From Phoronis australis (lineage: Eukaryota; Animalia; Phoronida), in the NCBI GenBank assembly GCA_002633005.1, contig NMRA01000104.1, positions 494,841 to 558,840 of the forward strand: a stretch of 64,000 nt of DNA, read 5' to 3'. Under the pieces are notes generated by a model. That model was not told where the DNA came from and searched no databases. It saw only the letters and a program-made list of their open reading frames with translations. The first letter of the stretch is position 1. Every line of letters begins with the position of its first letter. Positions 14,901 to 26,900 of the stretch are shown piece by piece. The position numbers were made by a program, and so were the translations under genes.

Positions 14901-17900
14901 TCTGAAATTCTAAATCTGTCAGCTGTTAGCGCATTCAGGTTATGCTCGTCAGCGCGTTAGGCAAACAGGTAAATTAGGCCTACACTAATGACTACGTGAA
15001 CGTTCACATCCACAAGATGACGTCAAGGATTCCGAGAACGGTAGATTATTTAGACCTAGTAGTAAATACGATCGCTGACTTGACCTATATATACGTGAAC
15101 TACTTGATTCAGATTCTGGCAAAAGAAGCGCCATGAGCTATTGTTGTTTTCTTTCAAACGTATTTTAGTAAGGGTATACTGTAGTTGACATAAACATACA
15201 TGTCTACCTATACAGAATGTTTGTATTTGATACGGATTTGGTTCAATAAACGTAGTGAATGGGCATACAAATTAAGTTGTACAAATTATTCAATATTTTT
15301 TTATTCCCAAGATGATAAAAGAGCGCATAACAAGGGTACTGAACACCACAGAAAGCACAAGCAGCCAACAAAGAGTCTGGTGAAGTCGCTCATTATCTCG
15401 TGGTAGCGAGACTTCGTTTCACTTTTGATCAGGAGAATCCCCCCAGCCGCGAAGTAACATTTTGTTTAAAAAGCGTAATTCCACCTGAGCGACTTTCAGT
15501 AGCGACTGAGAAGATTCTAAATGGACACTCCGGCTAAGAAAAAAAAAACGCTCTGATAAACAGTTACATCTTGCAAAAAAGCAGCATCCGAAGACAACCA
15601 GGAGCATTCATCCACTGACTAAATATCTAAAAGCTTGGGTGCACGTGTGATGCATGATGAATAAAATCAGTTCATATATTGTTTAAAGCAGCTGTGCTAA
15701 CCACTAACTTGTATGAGCATGTCTTTTATTTCATTCAAATGTCACGTTGCAATCCAGTTTAGTTATTATTGATTTTTTTCTTTAAATATGGATGCTTACA
15801 GAGGAGGACACACATGGGGACCTGAGGGTTAACATGTGGGCATAAATGACTAAGAATTTATCGTCATTATGTCAGTTTGTATGTTCACTATAGTTGATTT
15901 GTCCAGGTTGATAAGTTTTAAATGCTGTGACTTATTTAGGCTACAGCACTTGGAATGAATAACAATGAAAACCGGCATATAGAACATCAAAATTGCAGTC
16001 TGATCAGTTAAGTAGAAATTTTAGAACCGGCGCATTGTAAACTACCACTACTCTAACGATGACTAGGTAAGTAACATGCTACACGTCTATGAAGTATGAA
16101 GTACCTTTCTGCGAGTTGAAATGTGCTTAATCAGCACGTACTTTTGCGTAATCAACACGTAATTTTACTTACCCAAAGTAGTTTGAAACATATATGTTCC
16201 TAACAAAGTTAACTGCGCCATTTATTTATTTACTTATTTATTTATGTAATATTTACAATGAGGATAGCCCCATCAGTTTACAGTGCATTCCATGGGGGCC
16301 CTCAGTAAAAAATAAACAGATAGTAAGACAAAAGCAGAATTACACAATGAAAGACAAATTTAAGTAATAAGCAAAGAATAAGAAATTAACATGGAAAGAC
16401 TGATGAAGCAAAATAAAAATAAAATATGATAAATAAAAGATAAAGAAATTAAGACAAGATAATTAACTAAAAAATATACATATAAATGTAAAAAATTAAA
16501 ACAGACAATAAATAATTAATAAAAGTAAGACATTATATAAATAAAAAATGAATAAACATGCAGTTCTTAGACACTACATGGAGTTAAATCTATTTCTTAT
16601 AATTCTTTTAAAGGTTAGAAAGAATGATTTAGATTTGGCATCTGCAGGGAGACAGTTCCATAAAAAGGGCCCGCTGTAGGAAAATGATTTTTCCCAGTAT
16701 CGCTTTTGCGTTTAGGAAGATTGAAATCAGATGATGATGAGGACCTAGTATTGTAGCGATTAGTCGTCATCTTAAACTTAGCAAATAAGTAAGATGGGAC
16801 AAGACCTTTAAAAAATTTGTACATACAAAAAGCAGATAGGAATTGATGTCTTGTGAGAATTTTCATTATACCAGTCTCTTTATGAAGGTTTTCGATACTA
16901 ATATCTCTAACACCAGCTCCCAGAATAATCCGGGCAGCCCTATTTTGGATAACCTGGATGGTTTTCATATCCTTGCCTGATGCAACGCCCCGCACCGGGA
17001 GGCAATAATCTAGGTGAGGTTGAATGATAGCATTAAAAGGGGTTTTCAGTGTTGCTCTGTTAACGAATTTACTGATGCCTTTCAATAAGCCAATTTTCTT
17101 AGACACCTTTTTCGAGATATAATCAACGTGGTGAGAGAATTTAAGATTTTGATCATATATATGTCCCAGATATTTAAAGGAATTGATGTTCTCAATTGGT
17201 CTTCCACCCATATTTAATAACAGGGTTTGGTTTCTACGTCTTTGGGGTGTGCCAATTAGAAGAGTTTTAGTTTTAGAAACATTTAAGAATAGTTTATTGG
17301 ATACAAGCCAATCTGAAATGATTGTTAAATCAGACTTGAGATTGGCCTGGATTTCAGATGAGGTTCTGCCTGCAGACAGTATTGTTGTGTCATCCGCATA
17401 GAGAACAATCTTAGAATTTTGAATTACTGAGAGGAGATCATTGACAAAGATGCAAAATAACAAGGGCCCCAGTAGAGACCCCTGGGGAACACCTGTTTTA
17501 ACGGTTTTGAGATCAGAGATATCTTTGCCGACACGGGTAGCTTGAGTTCTGTTACAAAGATAATCCTGAAACCACTTGGCTTCCACACCGGTGACCCCAT
17601 AGCCTTTAAGCTTCTTTAAAGTCCTTGTTGCAAACTGCTCATGTGGTTCCAGTATCCGAACATACTTACTACATAAATTCTTATTTTCGACACCCTTTCT
17701 TTATATTCTTTTCGCCTTTCTTGCCAAAAGCGATTTTGTAACAGTATTTGACCCTTCTCTCTGAGCGTATGATTACCGGTTGTCATCGGTTATTTCCGTA
17801 CCCACATTTCCGGCTCATCAGTTCAGGAACTTGTCCTGAACGCCGCCATTTTTTCCTTGTAACTGAATGTGCTATGGCTTTCTCGAAAAGTCTTCATTAT

Positions 17901-20900
17901 TTTGTTTTATTAGTAATATATCGTGATTCGTTTGCATATGTAGTGTATTTATAGTTTGTAGTTAGTGGTCGTNNNNNNNNNNNNNNNNNNNNNNNNNNNN
18001 NNNNNNNNNNNNNNNNNNNNNNNNNNNNNNNNNNNNNNNNNNNNNNNNNNNNNNNNNNNNNNNNNNNNNNNNNNNNNNNNNNNNNNNNNNNNNNNNNNNN
18101 NNNNNNNNNNNNNNNNNNNNNNNNNNNNNNNNNNNNNNNNNNNNNNNNNNNNNNTTCCATAAAATTGTCCGTAGTTTGATTTTATCAAAATTAAGGCGCG
18201 CTGTCGATTTTTTTTATCCCCGTTTGCTGGCTGGTAACAGTACAGGCACTGCTCCAGTCGCACTGACGGCGTTTTCTCGGCCTGGGTTCCTGAATGAATT
18301 GTACTTCCGGGTTCGCGGCAAGTTCAAAATGGCGGTGTTTCTTCGGGTGCGAATCGTGAGTGGCGCGTTCATTTAAACTGTTTTCGAGTACGGATCGTGT
18401 ATTAGTTATGGGGTAGGTACTTCTTGGATCCTTATAACATCTTCTAACCATGTAATAAGGGTTAACAACGCGTGAGACAAGGACTTTAACAAGATAGTGT
18501 GGTCGACGGTGTCAAATGCTGTCTTTAGATCAATAAAAACAACACCATATTAGAATAAATATGGCCAGTGACGTCAATGTTAGTAGTTAATGTTGAATGG
18601 AGTGGTCGAAAACCAGCCTGACTGGACATCAGTCAAGAGGTTGTTAGTTTGGAAGTAAGAATGAAGTTGTTTGTGGACCTATTTTTCAAGGATTTTTGAT
18701 ATAGATGGCAGAATTGAAATGGGTCTGTAATTTTTGCAGCATGATTTGTCACCGTTTTTGAAAAGTGGAGTAACAACGACTGATTTCCACTCTGATGGTA
18801 TGGTTGATGTTTTCAATGAAGTAATGGGCTGAGAGATTGTCTCAGCAGATAGTTTAACGATTTTAGTACTGATGCCATCAATTCCAGTAGCAGAATTGCC
18901 ATCCATTGATTTGAGTTGGTGGCAAACAAACTTAGCGTCAACCTCATGGAATTTAAAAGTTATATCTTCGCTTACCTGGGATGGAAATAAATGACTAGTG
19001 TTTCCAAATTTTCGTGCTAGGTTATGGCCAATATTCGTGAAAAGTCGTTAAAAGTATTACCCATGACTGCGTTATCAGATGTCATGCCGTCATTCGTTTT
19101 CAGTTCAGCGATATTAGTATTCAATTTTCCTGGTAAAACAGACTTTATAATTTTCCACAAGGAATTACCATCTGATTTGTTGTCATTAATTAACGTATTA
19201 TAATAATCTGCCTTGGCATGTTTTGTTGCCTCATTGGTTAGATTACGCGCTGTTTTGAATTTGTTCCAGTCACAAGTATTACGCGAACGTTGGGCTATAC
19301 GTTTAAGATAATCGCGTCTGCGAGACAATAAAATTAGCTCCTCGTTGTACCAAGGAGGCGATTTACCTTAGATTCTGGATAATAGGTGTATGTTTATCCA
19401 AAACATCACAGAAAGTTTTCTTAAATTCTGTCCACAAAGCCTCAAGATCACCACTTGATGCTAACGCCGCCCAGTCGATGTTATGTAGATCGTTAACAAA
19501 ATCAGAACGATCAAAGTTACGGTACGAGCGGGTAGTTATTATCCGAGGTGGATTTTTTGGGCGTACATATTTGTAACTTGTGAATATCAGGTTGTGATCA
19601 CTGAAGCCAGTGCTGATGACTCCACAAGAGTATACCTTGTTAACATTAGACACAAGAATTAAATCTAAGCAAGTTGATGTTTTGTGAGTTACTCTGGTTG
19701 GCATGTCTATTACATTTTGTAAACCAAGCGTACGCTCCCAAAATTTAATTTTAGTACTAGGTTTCTTGGAGAGTGCATCTAAGTTAAAATCACCAGAAAT
19801 AACAAAGTCACTGGCTTTGAACTTTTGATTGCCTAAAATCTTTTTAAAATGATCTGTTAGCTTTTCCAGGTGATCCGCATTGGACGATGGTGGTCTGTAA
19901 ACCGCACCGATTTACGTGGTCACTTGATAAGAATCTGCGATATTCTACTCATATAGAAAGTTTTCCGTTATTTTGAGATTTGAGAGTAAGGGGGTGGTTA
20001 GACTATATGAACTGACTAAAACTACGGGCTGATTAAGCAAAAGTGCGCTTATTAAGCAAATCGTGACACCTACAAGAGTATTCGCTTAAGAACGGCCTTT
20101 GGCGCTTCATAATGAAGCAAGTTAACTCGTTATTTAATTCATGCAGCTCTAGATTAACGCGATAACAAAGTATGGAGTTCCAAGTCTGTCAGTTGTGTAG
20201 GCGTATGGATTTTAGACGTTAGTATATCAGTGTAGGGTTACTTGTATGATTCAATAACCCTTTAATTTGCTTTGTAGATGTGTGTGGAGTGTAGTTTGTC
20301 AAACCTTCGTTAAGATATGATAGTTTACAATGCTCGGGTTCTGCTACACTTTTGACTTGATCAGTCTGAGGTTCTGATGTTCTATGTGTTATAATTTATA
20401 TATAGTGTCAGAATAAATATTGATTATGTAATTAGTAGAGCTAGTTCCAAAGAAGTAATGCGCAACATTTGCGCGTATGTACTTTCAAAACCATGGGTTC
20501 AAACTTGTTTATATGAATTTTTCATGCTTACATGTACTTTAAGATGATGTTGTTCTGAGGGTCAGTGCACTGTAAGGATGTTGGAAATTTCTGAGATGCG
20601 ATTGTAACAACAAATGATATGATTAGATAAGATCATTTGGTTTTGTTAGCCAACCGTGTATTGTTATAGCTTAGGCAGAAGACTGGGAGACAGTCGGGTG
20701 GAATTTAGTAGTTGAAACTATAGGACTTGCTTCAATGTACTGAAGAAATAGTACAACAGAGATATCTCGTGGAAGATTCTAAAGAGGATTTTGACAAGGG
20801 TAAAGGTTCACTTACAGGAAGTTAACTAAGAGTTTGCCACTTACTTGCATTGTGAGTAGTAAGTTACTGCCTACACGTGTTGCATTAGGAGGGACTGTGC

Positions 20901-23900
20901 CCAGCAAGAGGAATTGTGAGTAATCAGATACTGCCCTACACGTGTCGTTGGGCGTCACGAAAGACTGTGACCAGGAAGTACGTTGTTCGCAGTACAATGT
21001 GTGTTAGTACGAGTATCAACCTACAGGAATGTCATCCAACGAGTTTCGCGAGTCCTACATATTGGATAGCAGACTTTTTGCCTATGGTTAATTGATTATC
21101 TTTACAAAGGGCACTAGCTTAGTTAGTCTTCTTCGTTGTTAGTGTACTTAACAATCAATAGGTTTCACTTGTATTAATTATTGGTTATTATACAATAAAT
21201 TATTTACTGGACTTAAACATTCTCTCTCTATACACGCACAGTCACAACGCAATTAGCTACTTTTAACCCACAGTCAACTTTTGACTTATACTCGATCTAG
21301 GCGCAGTGGCCGAAATCAGTCACTAAATTCAAAACTCAATAACCCGTAACAGTGAACAAAATGACAATGAATTCTGAGTTCATTGGCAGCCGAATATTTT
21401 TATCTGCATCAAATTTTCATGATTCAGTGCAAAGTTTTCTCCTGAGACGAATTTGCCGAGTTCTACTCACTATGGTCGGGAACGATCAATCTTAGCTGGC
21501 ATCAGCACTAGTGCTGTAGTGGGGCGTAGGCGCATGTAGGCGCAGCCAACCACCTTTTGTCATTTGAACGTAGCGCCTACACACCGTTAGTTACGTTCAG
21601 TGCTCAAGGTGATACGGTTGGTTTTGGGCGCCTACTTACCTCTAATTTCACCACTACAGCAGTGATCAGCACTTGAGATTTTAATATGTGTCTCAGATGT
21701 CCAATTTGGTTGTGACTGTCCACAGTTAAATTTTAAATTCGCGCTTTCACAGACACGACTAAGTTGTTTTTGCTTTCGTCTAAAGGAAATGCATTTGTGC
21801 AACTTCGAACGAGCAGGTAAATCAATCTGAAAAGCGAAAGTCACAGAATCAGCACAGTACTTTCTGCTAATAAACTGCTTTGTGGAGAAAATTGACATCC
21901 TAAATGTTTACTTATTTCTTGATTCATTTCTCTTTACATCATATTTGTGTATGTCGACTATCGTCTAGTCCCATTACAATATGTCACAAGGAAAGCAACA
22001 GCAACGGATTCCTCTGCCTCTGCCAGAGCTGAATCACATTCACACGTATTTACAGAAGGTAGTTGTGTACAGGTCTAAACAATTGTCCAATAAACCCCTT
22101 CCTAGAATCCGTGTCGCCTATCGAGCTAACGAGTAAAACCCGAATACGCTTAGAACCGTCTGGTTCTTGGAATGATCCATTAAAAGCAGTACCGCTTCTA
22201 CGCGTTAACAACTGACCAACATTTACCGGTAAGTTAAATGTTTTACTTTAATCTGTAGACACTGAAAAACAGTACGGATTGGGTGCATTGAGGCCTACAC
22301 CAGGTACGTACAGAATTATTGACGACGAAGAAAAACTATACAAAGCGCGAAGAATGTTGTAATCAACATTCATAAAATTTCCAATTATGAGGAAGGCACT
22401 GAGCGGTTACCAACGTTACACGTCCTTGTGTGCCTAAAAACAGAGATTGACGCACATGTTAAAACAAAAACAGTTCGGGAAGTGATCTGGGGAACTTCTC
22501 ACGGCTGTTGATTGTCTCCCCGACTTCGATGATGACGTCTGTCACGACCGTTCGTGGTAACCATGATGCTGAGACGCCTGATAACCGTTGTGACCATCAT
22601 TTTTTTATTCAGTAAAATGATGACGTGATCGATGTTTGCCGTTTTCAGCAATAGTCTGTTTTTGACCGAAATCTTTTACGCCCCAGGTCTTTGTTAAGTC
22701 AAGGTACCCGTGTCCATAACAGTTTACTTTCTTCATGAAGACAAAATCCGCCATTGTTAGTTAAGCATAATCATCCGGCCTGTTACGTTCACTAGAAAAT
22801 TCACTGGGATGCATTTCGCTGAGAAACTAGAAAACATGGCAACCATCTCGTTTCAGGATCGCCCTAATCATCCTCAATATCAACTTGATTCGAAAAGTTC
22901 TGATCCAAGTTAAGTTGAGTAATAATACTGGTTACCTCTCCACTGGCAATACATGTAGGACCATTCAAGGTTATTCCTTTGCCTACTCGAGGCGAAATGA
23001 CATACGTAACCGCTTGTGTTGCCTTGTCCTTTCATTTCCATGCTGTCTTCTCTATCTGCCATACACGGCGTTAAACTCTATACGGTCGATGGCACCATCT
23101 TTATCCAAGTCTATGCCTTGCATCAATACTGCGCTCTCGGACATGGATAAATAAATTCCACGGGCGGACATAAACTGATTAGTTTCTTTAACATCAACTA
23201 GTCCATCGCCGTTAGAGTCGTAGATGGAAAACGCGTCACCATCTGTTAATGGCGAAAACCTGAAACAATGACTCAAACGTTTTTATTATGTACTTATAAT
23301 ACTGTCATGAATTGACAATCTTTGTCACCGTTTCTGAAATAATGAGATAATTGTGATAAAGTAATTTTCTGAGTTCAAGTCTGATACTTTTTAGGATAAG
23401 CGCGTTCTTTTTGGATTTGAATTGAAAACAAAATTGAATAGTATTCGTACAATAAATATTTCCTTTCACTTTTTCATCCTGTTGTGTTCGTGTTGTGTCG
23501 TGATTGAACGAGATCATCGCTGTCATTGTGGAATACACGTCAGAAAGCGGCCACGTTGTGGGATATACAAGTACGTTTACTTTTGACATAAGAATGCAAC
23601 AAGAAATGAAGTCCTCGTGCACCTTGGTCACTCATAGTAATAATGTTCGTCTTATTAATCACACGATTTTTCTCTGCCAGACACTACAATTTATTTTTGA
23701 AAGGGTTAGGTTAACTTACCTCAGATTTTCGCCAAAAACAGGAAACGCCAAGAAAGACAGAGACAATACCAGAATTAACATCTGAAATAAAAAATAGCCT
23801 AATATGAACAACCGATTTTCCGATTTTTGAAAATTCTAATTAAAGCAGTTATTAATAATTTGGCAGTAATTAACAACAGGTAACTCAACTTTTGAAGCGC

Positions 23901-26900
23901 AATTTCAATGCAACTTACCCCTTTGATGTCCGTCCAGCTACGACTCCACTTTGAGTATTCAAGCAGATGCCGTTCCGTCATCCCAGCCCGGCCTACCCAC
24001 ATGATTCACTTAATAATAAGTGTGCAATGTCACAATTAGCTATTGAAAAGCAGTATTGAGGTAAAAACTATGATAACAACATTTGCGTATTTGATATTTG
24101 CGTAGAGGATGTGATCTGAATAGATAAAGTTAGAAATAAACTGATAAAATACAAGCAAACATTTTGTGAGGAAGCGCACGAAAGCTACCGTCTGTAACCC
24201 AGAAATGCGTAACACTATTACAGCTAAGGAGTAGGTGAAAAATAATTATTGAGAGCATGGACAGGAAGTACGGCAATACTCCGTTATATCGCACGTTGAT
24301 CGCAATTCGCACACCCAAAGTTATATGGAATAATAGAACAATGCGAGGATACTGGAAAGGGGGGGGGGTTGCTCACCTATTTGTGAGACGGTCAGTTTTT
24401 GAAGTGGAAAAAGTAATTTCAAAGTCCTAACGTTAATGCTAGCAATGGACTCTTCAGAAAACTACATTCACCACATCGTTCCAGATGTAAACACGAGGTG
24501 AAAGGGATGACCAGATGAGTGGCGTTTGGCATAGTGGCTTTTGCTCAATAGAGAGTTTGGTCAACATTTGAACGGCAAAAACAACTAAATTATTCTTAAA
24601 TTGATAACATTAGCGATGCGTAGGGGGCATTTAGTTCACAGTAGGACGAGGACAGCGGCAATGGTTGGTAACTGAGTTGATTTATCAACCCAAGTGAATT
24701 TGACACATATCGACTACGGGGAAATATATTCAATTTACTTTGAGCGAAATAAGCGGAGCCTTACCGTACAAAAACCCTATTAGAGGCTAATAGAGGTAAA
24801 ATAGGGGGATGGTGGTAGGAAAATGAGTAAAATTGACTGATGTGCCCATACCAGGAGGATTAAAGACAAAGGACTGTATATGTAAGCAAAGCGATCTGTG
24901 GTATTAATGTCGAACACGGGTTAGCCAATGGAAAGAAATGATACAAGTGTTGGGGCGTGTGAGCTCTGTATGAACGAAATAGATGTGACCCACAAAATAA
25001 ACAAATATCACGTACATGAATACATTAATGGCTAAATTGTATTTTTATCGTTCTTATTTGCATATGACGTGATCTGAAGCCAGTGCTCAGAAAAGGGAGG
25101 TTGAAAGTGAAGTTGGTAAATGTCATTTATTAATGATTAGCGGCGGATCCAGGATTTTGAGTTTAGGGGGGCCAGTACAGAGTATTAGCCAGCATTTTGC
25201 CCGTCAGACATTCGCACTCCCGAACTGCCAAATGTAATCCGGGAATTTTAGGGGCCGGGCATGGGCCTCTTTAAATCCGCCACTGATGATCGCAATCAAA
25301 ATTCGGAACAATGTGACAAAACACAAAGAAATAGACTTCGAAGATGTGCACGAAAACCGCCATGACACGCCCATCTTGTTTCATCGCCGTCGCCACCGTA
25401 ATCACCAGTACTATTGTCCTCACGTTTTTCTCGTCTTCAACGTCGTCCTCTACTCGTGCATTAGGTTTCATTATCCGTAAAAAGGTCAATCGAGTAGTGA
25501 CTTGAAGAGAAGTAGAGCCTGGTTACCTAAATATCATTTGAGACTCTCGAGAGCTTTATACTTCAAGTTAATGCACTCATGAATTTGACGTTTGATGGGA
25601 TAGTTCGCACCAAAACACGTGCCCGTACCAAGCTGAACATAGAGGGCGTTTTGTTTGAAAGAACTTTATGATACTTAGATCACCTCATAAATAGATCCTA
25701 TCTAAACTGAATCAATTGTAATTCCCACTTATCAGTTTTTATCGAAACTGTAAAATCAAGTTATGTAGGACCCTACAAGAATGTTCAGATTTGACTAATT
25801 GGAACTTCATATCACGCAAATGGCTTGGTGGATTCTTATATTATGAAACTTTGCCACTCCAATTTTTTTAGGAATTATATTTTAAAAGTTCCATTTACGC
25901 ATGAAGGGTTATCAAAATGTAGGACTCTTGATATTTTTGAAAAAAAATAAATTTTACAAAAACTAAAACGAAATAATAATTTAGACACCTGTAACTTTTT
26001 TGTAATTTTACCATGCCTCTACCGGAATTTCGTAATGTTGTTAACACCGTTGTTTTCTTCAGAATGTACCTTTCTTGTTTTTGCTCCATTTCAACAAAAC
26101 GAAATGGTTGCATGATTCAGTTAGCGGTAGATTTGAAAAGGCACCTAACAGATTCTACAAGCTTTCTACTTTCAGAAAATACTTTTACTGAGTTCATGTC
26201 AATACTGTTGTAGATATTTGATTGAAAAAAGGTTGCCTTATGCGCTTGTCATGTTCACCAAATTGTTGAAAAGTTGCAATTTTTCGAGACAAAAATTGAA
26301 TTCGCAATTGCTAAATTAAATCTTGAAAATTAATAACTCGATTTTTTCCTCAAAATTGTGACAAGCCAAGCTGTAATTTAGGTCTGACATTTATAAGAAA
26401 TTTAGAAATATTTTTATCCATCTATGCTTTGTAATGGGGTTTCTGCAATCGTGTGCGCCATTAACTTACCTTGATATCTGTGCCATAGAACGCTATGATG
26501 TCTACCACCCTTAACGGTATGAGGCACAGCACAAAGACAAGGAGAGTGGCTAGAAGCATGCGTATTGTCTGAAATGATCAATGTAGAAGAGACAAACGCA
26601 AAGAACTGGCGCTGACGTCATTCTTTGACAGGAAAACGTGTAGTGCGTATTTGATTATACTTTTGAAGGGGGGGGGGTGCTGCTGGGGACTTAGGGCACC
26701 CGCTCTTTAAGAGAGTCAACAAGATGGCGCCTCACCCTACCCTTTAATAGTAAGCACGATTAAACGGAACTCATTTGCTGGTAACTTCTAGGGAAAGTTC
26801 CCCCTTTTTTCAAAATGATTTTTTGGTACACAAAATGCTTTCTGCTGTGTTAGAGTTGGATAAATTTCAATAAATATGAAACCCTTTTCTAGAGATCTGT

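Larger units (their letters stand above)
16220..20000 (-). mobile_element. Non-LTR retrotransposon (L2/Crack/CR1 group), 5'-truncated ORF2 (APE endonuclease + reverse transcriptase), inactivated
   Basis: APE motifs YRPP, GDFN, PTR..CLDLI, SDH. RT motifs NYRPISILP, FIDL.TAFDTVDH, GVPQGSLLGPLLF, YADD, FKYLG. The 3' end has a GGGCCCCC..GGGGCT stem then a (TAAA)n tail at 16220-16245. Several frameshifts and stops. Confidence 0.95.
16095..20111. mobile_element. IS3EU-like MITE split by a LINE insertion (MITE arms ~16095-16219 and ~20000-20111)
   Basis: Termini TATGAAG...CTTCATA with a perfect 6-bp TSD ATGAAG (16089-16094 and 20112-20117). The arms resemble those of the 14561-14878 element. TAY..RTA termini with a 6-bp TSD match the IS3EU superfamily. 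Confidence 0.75.
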
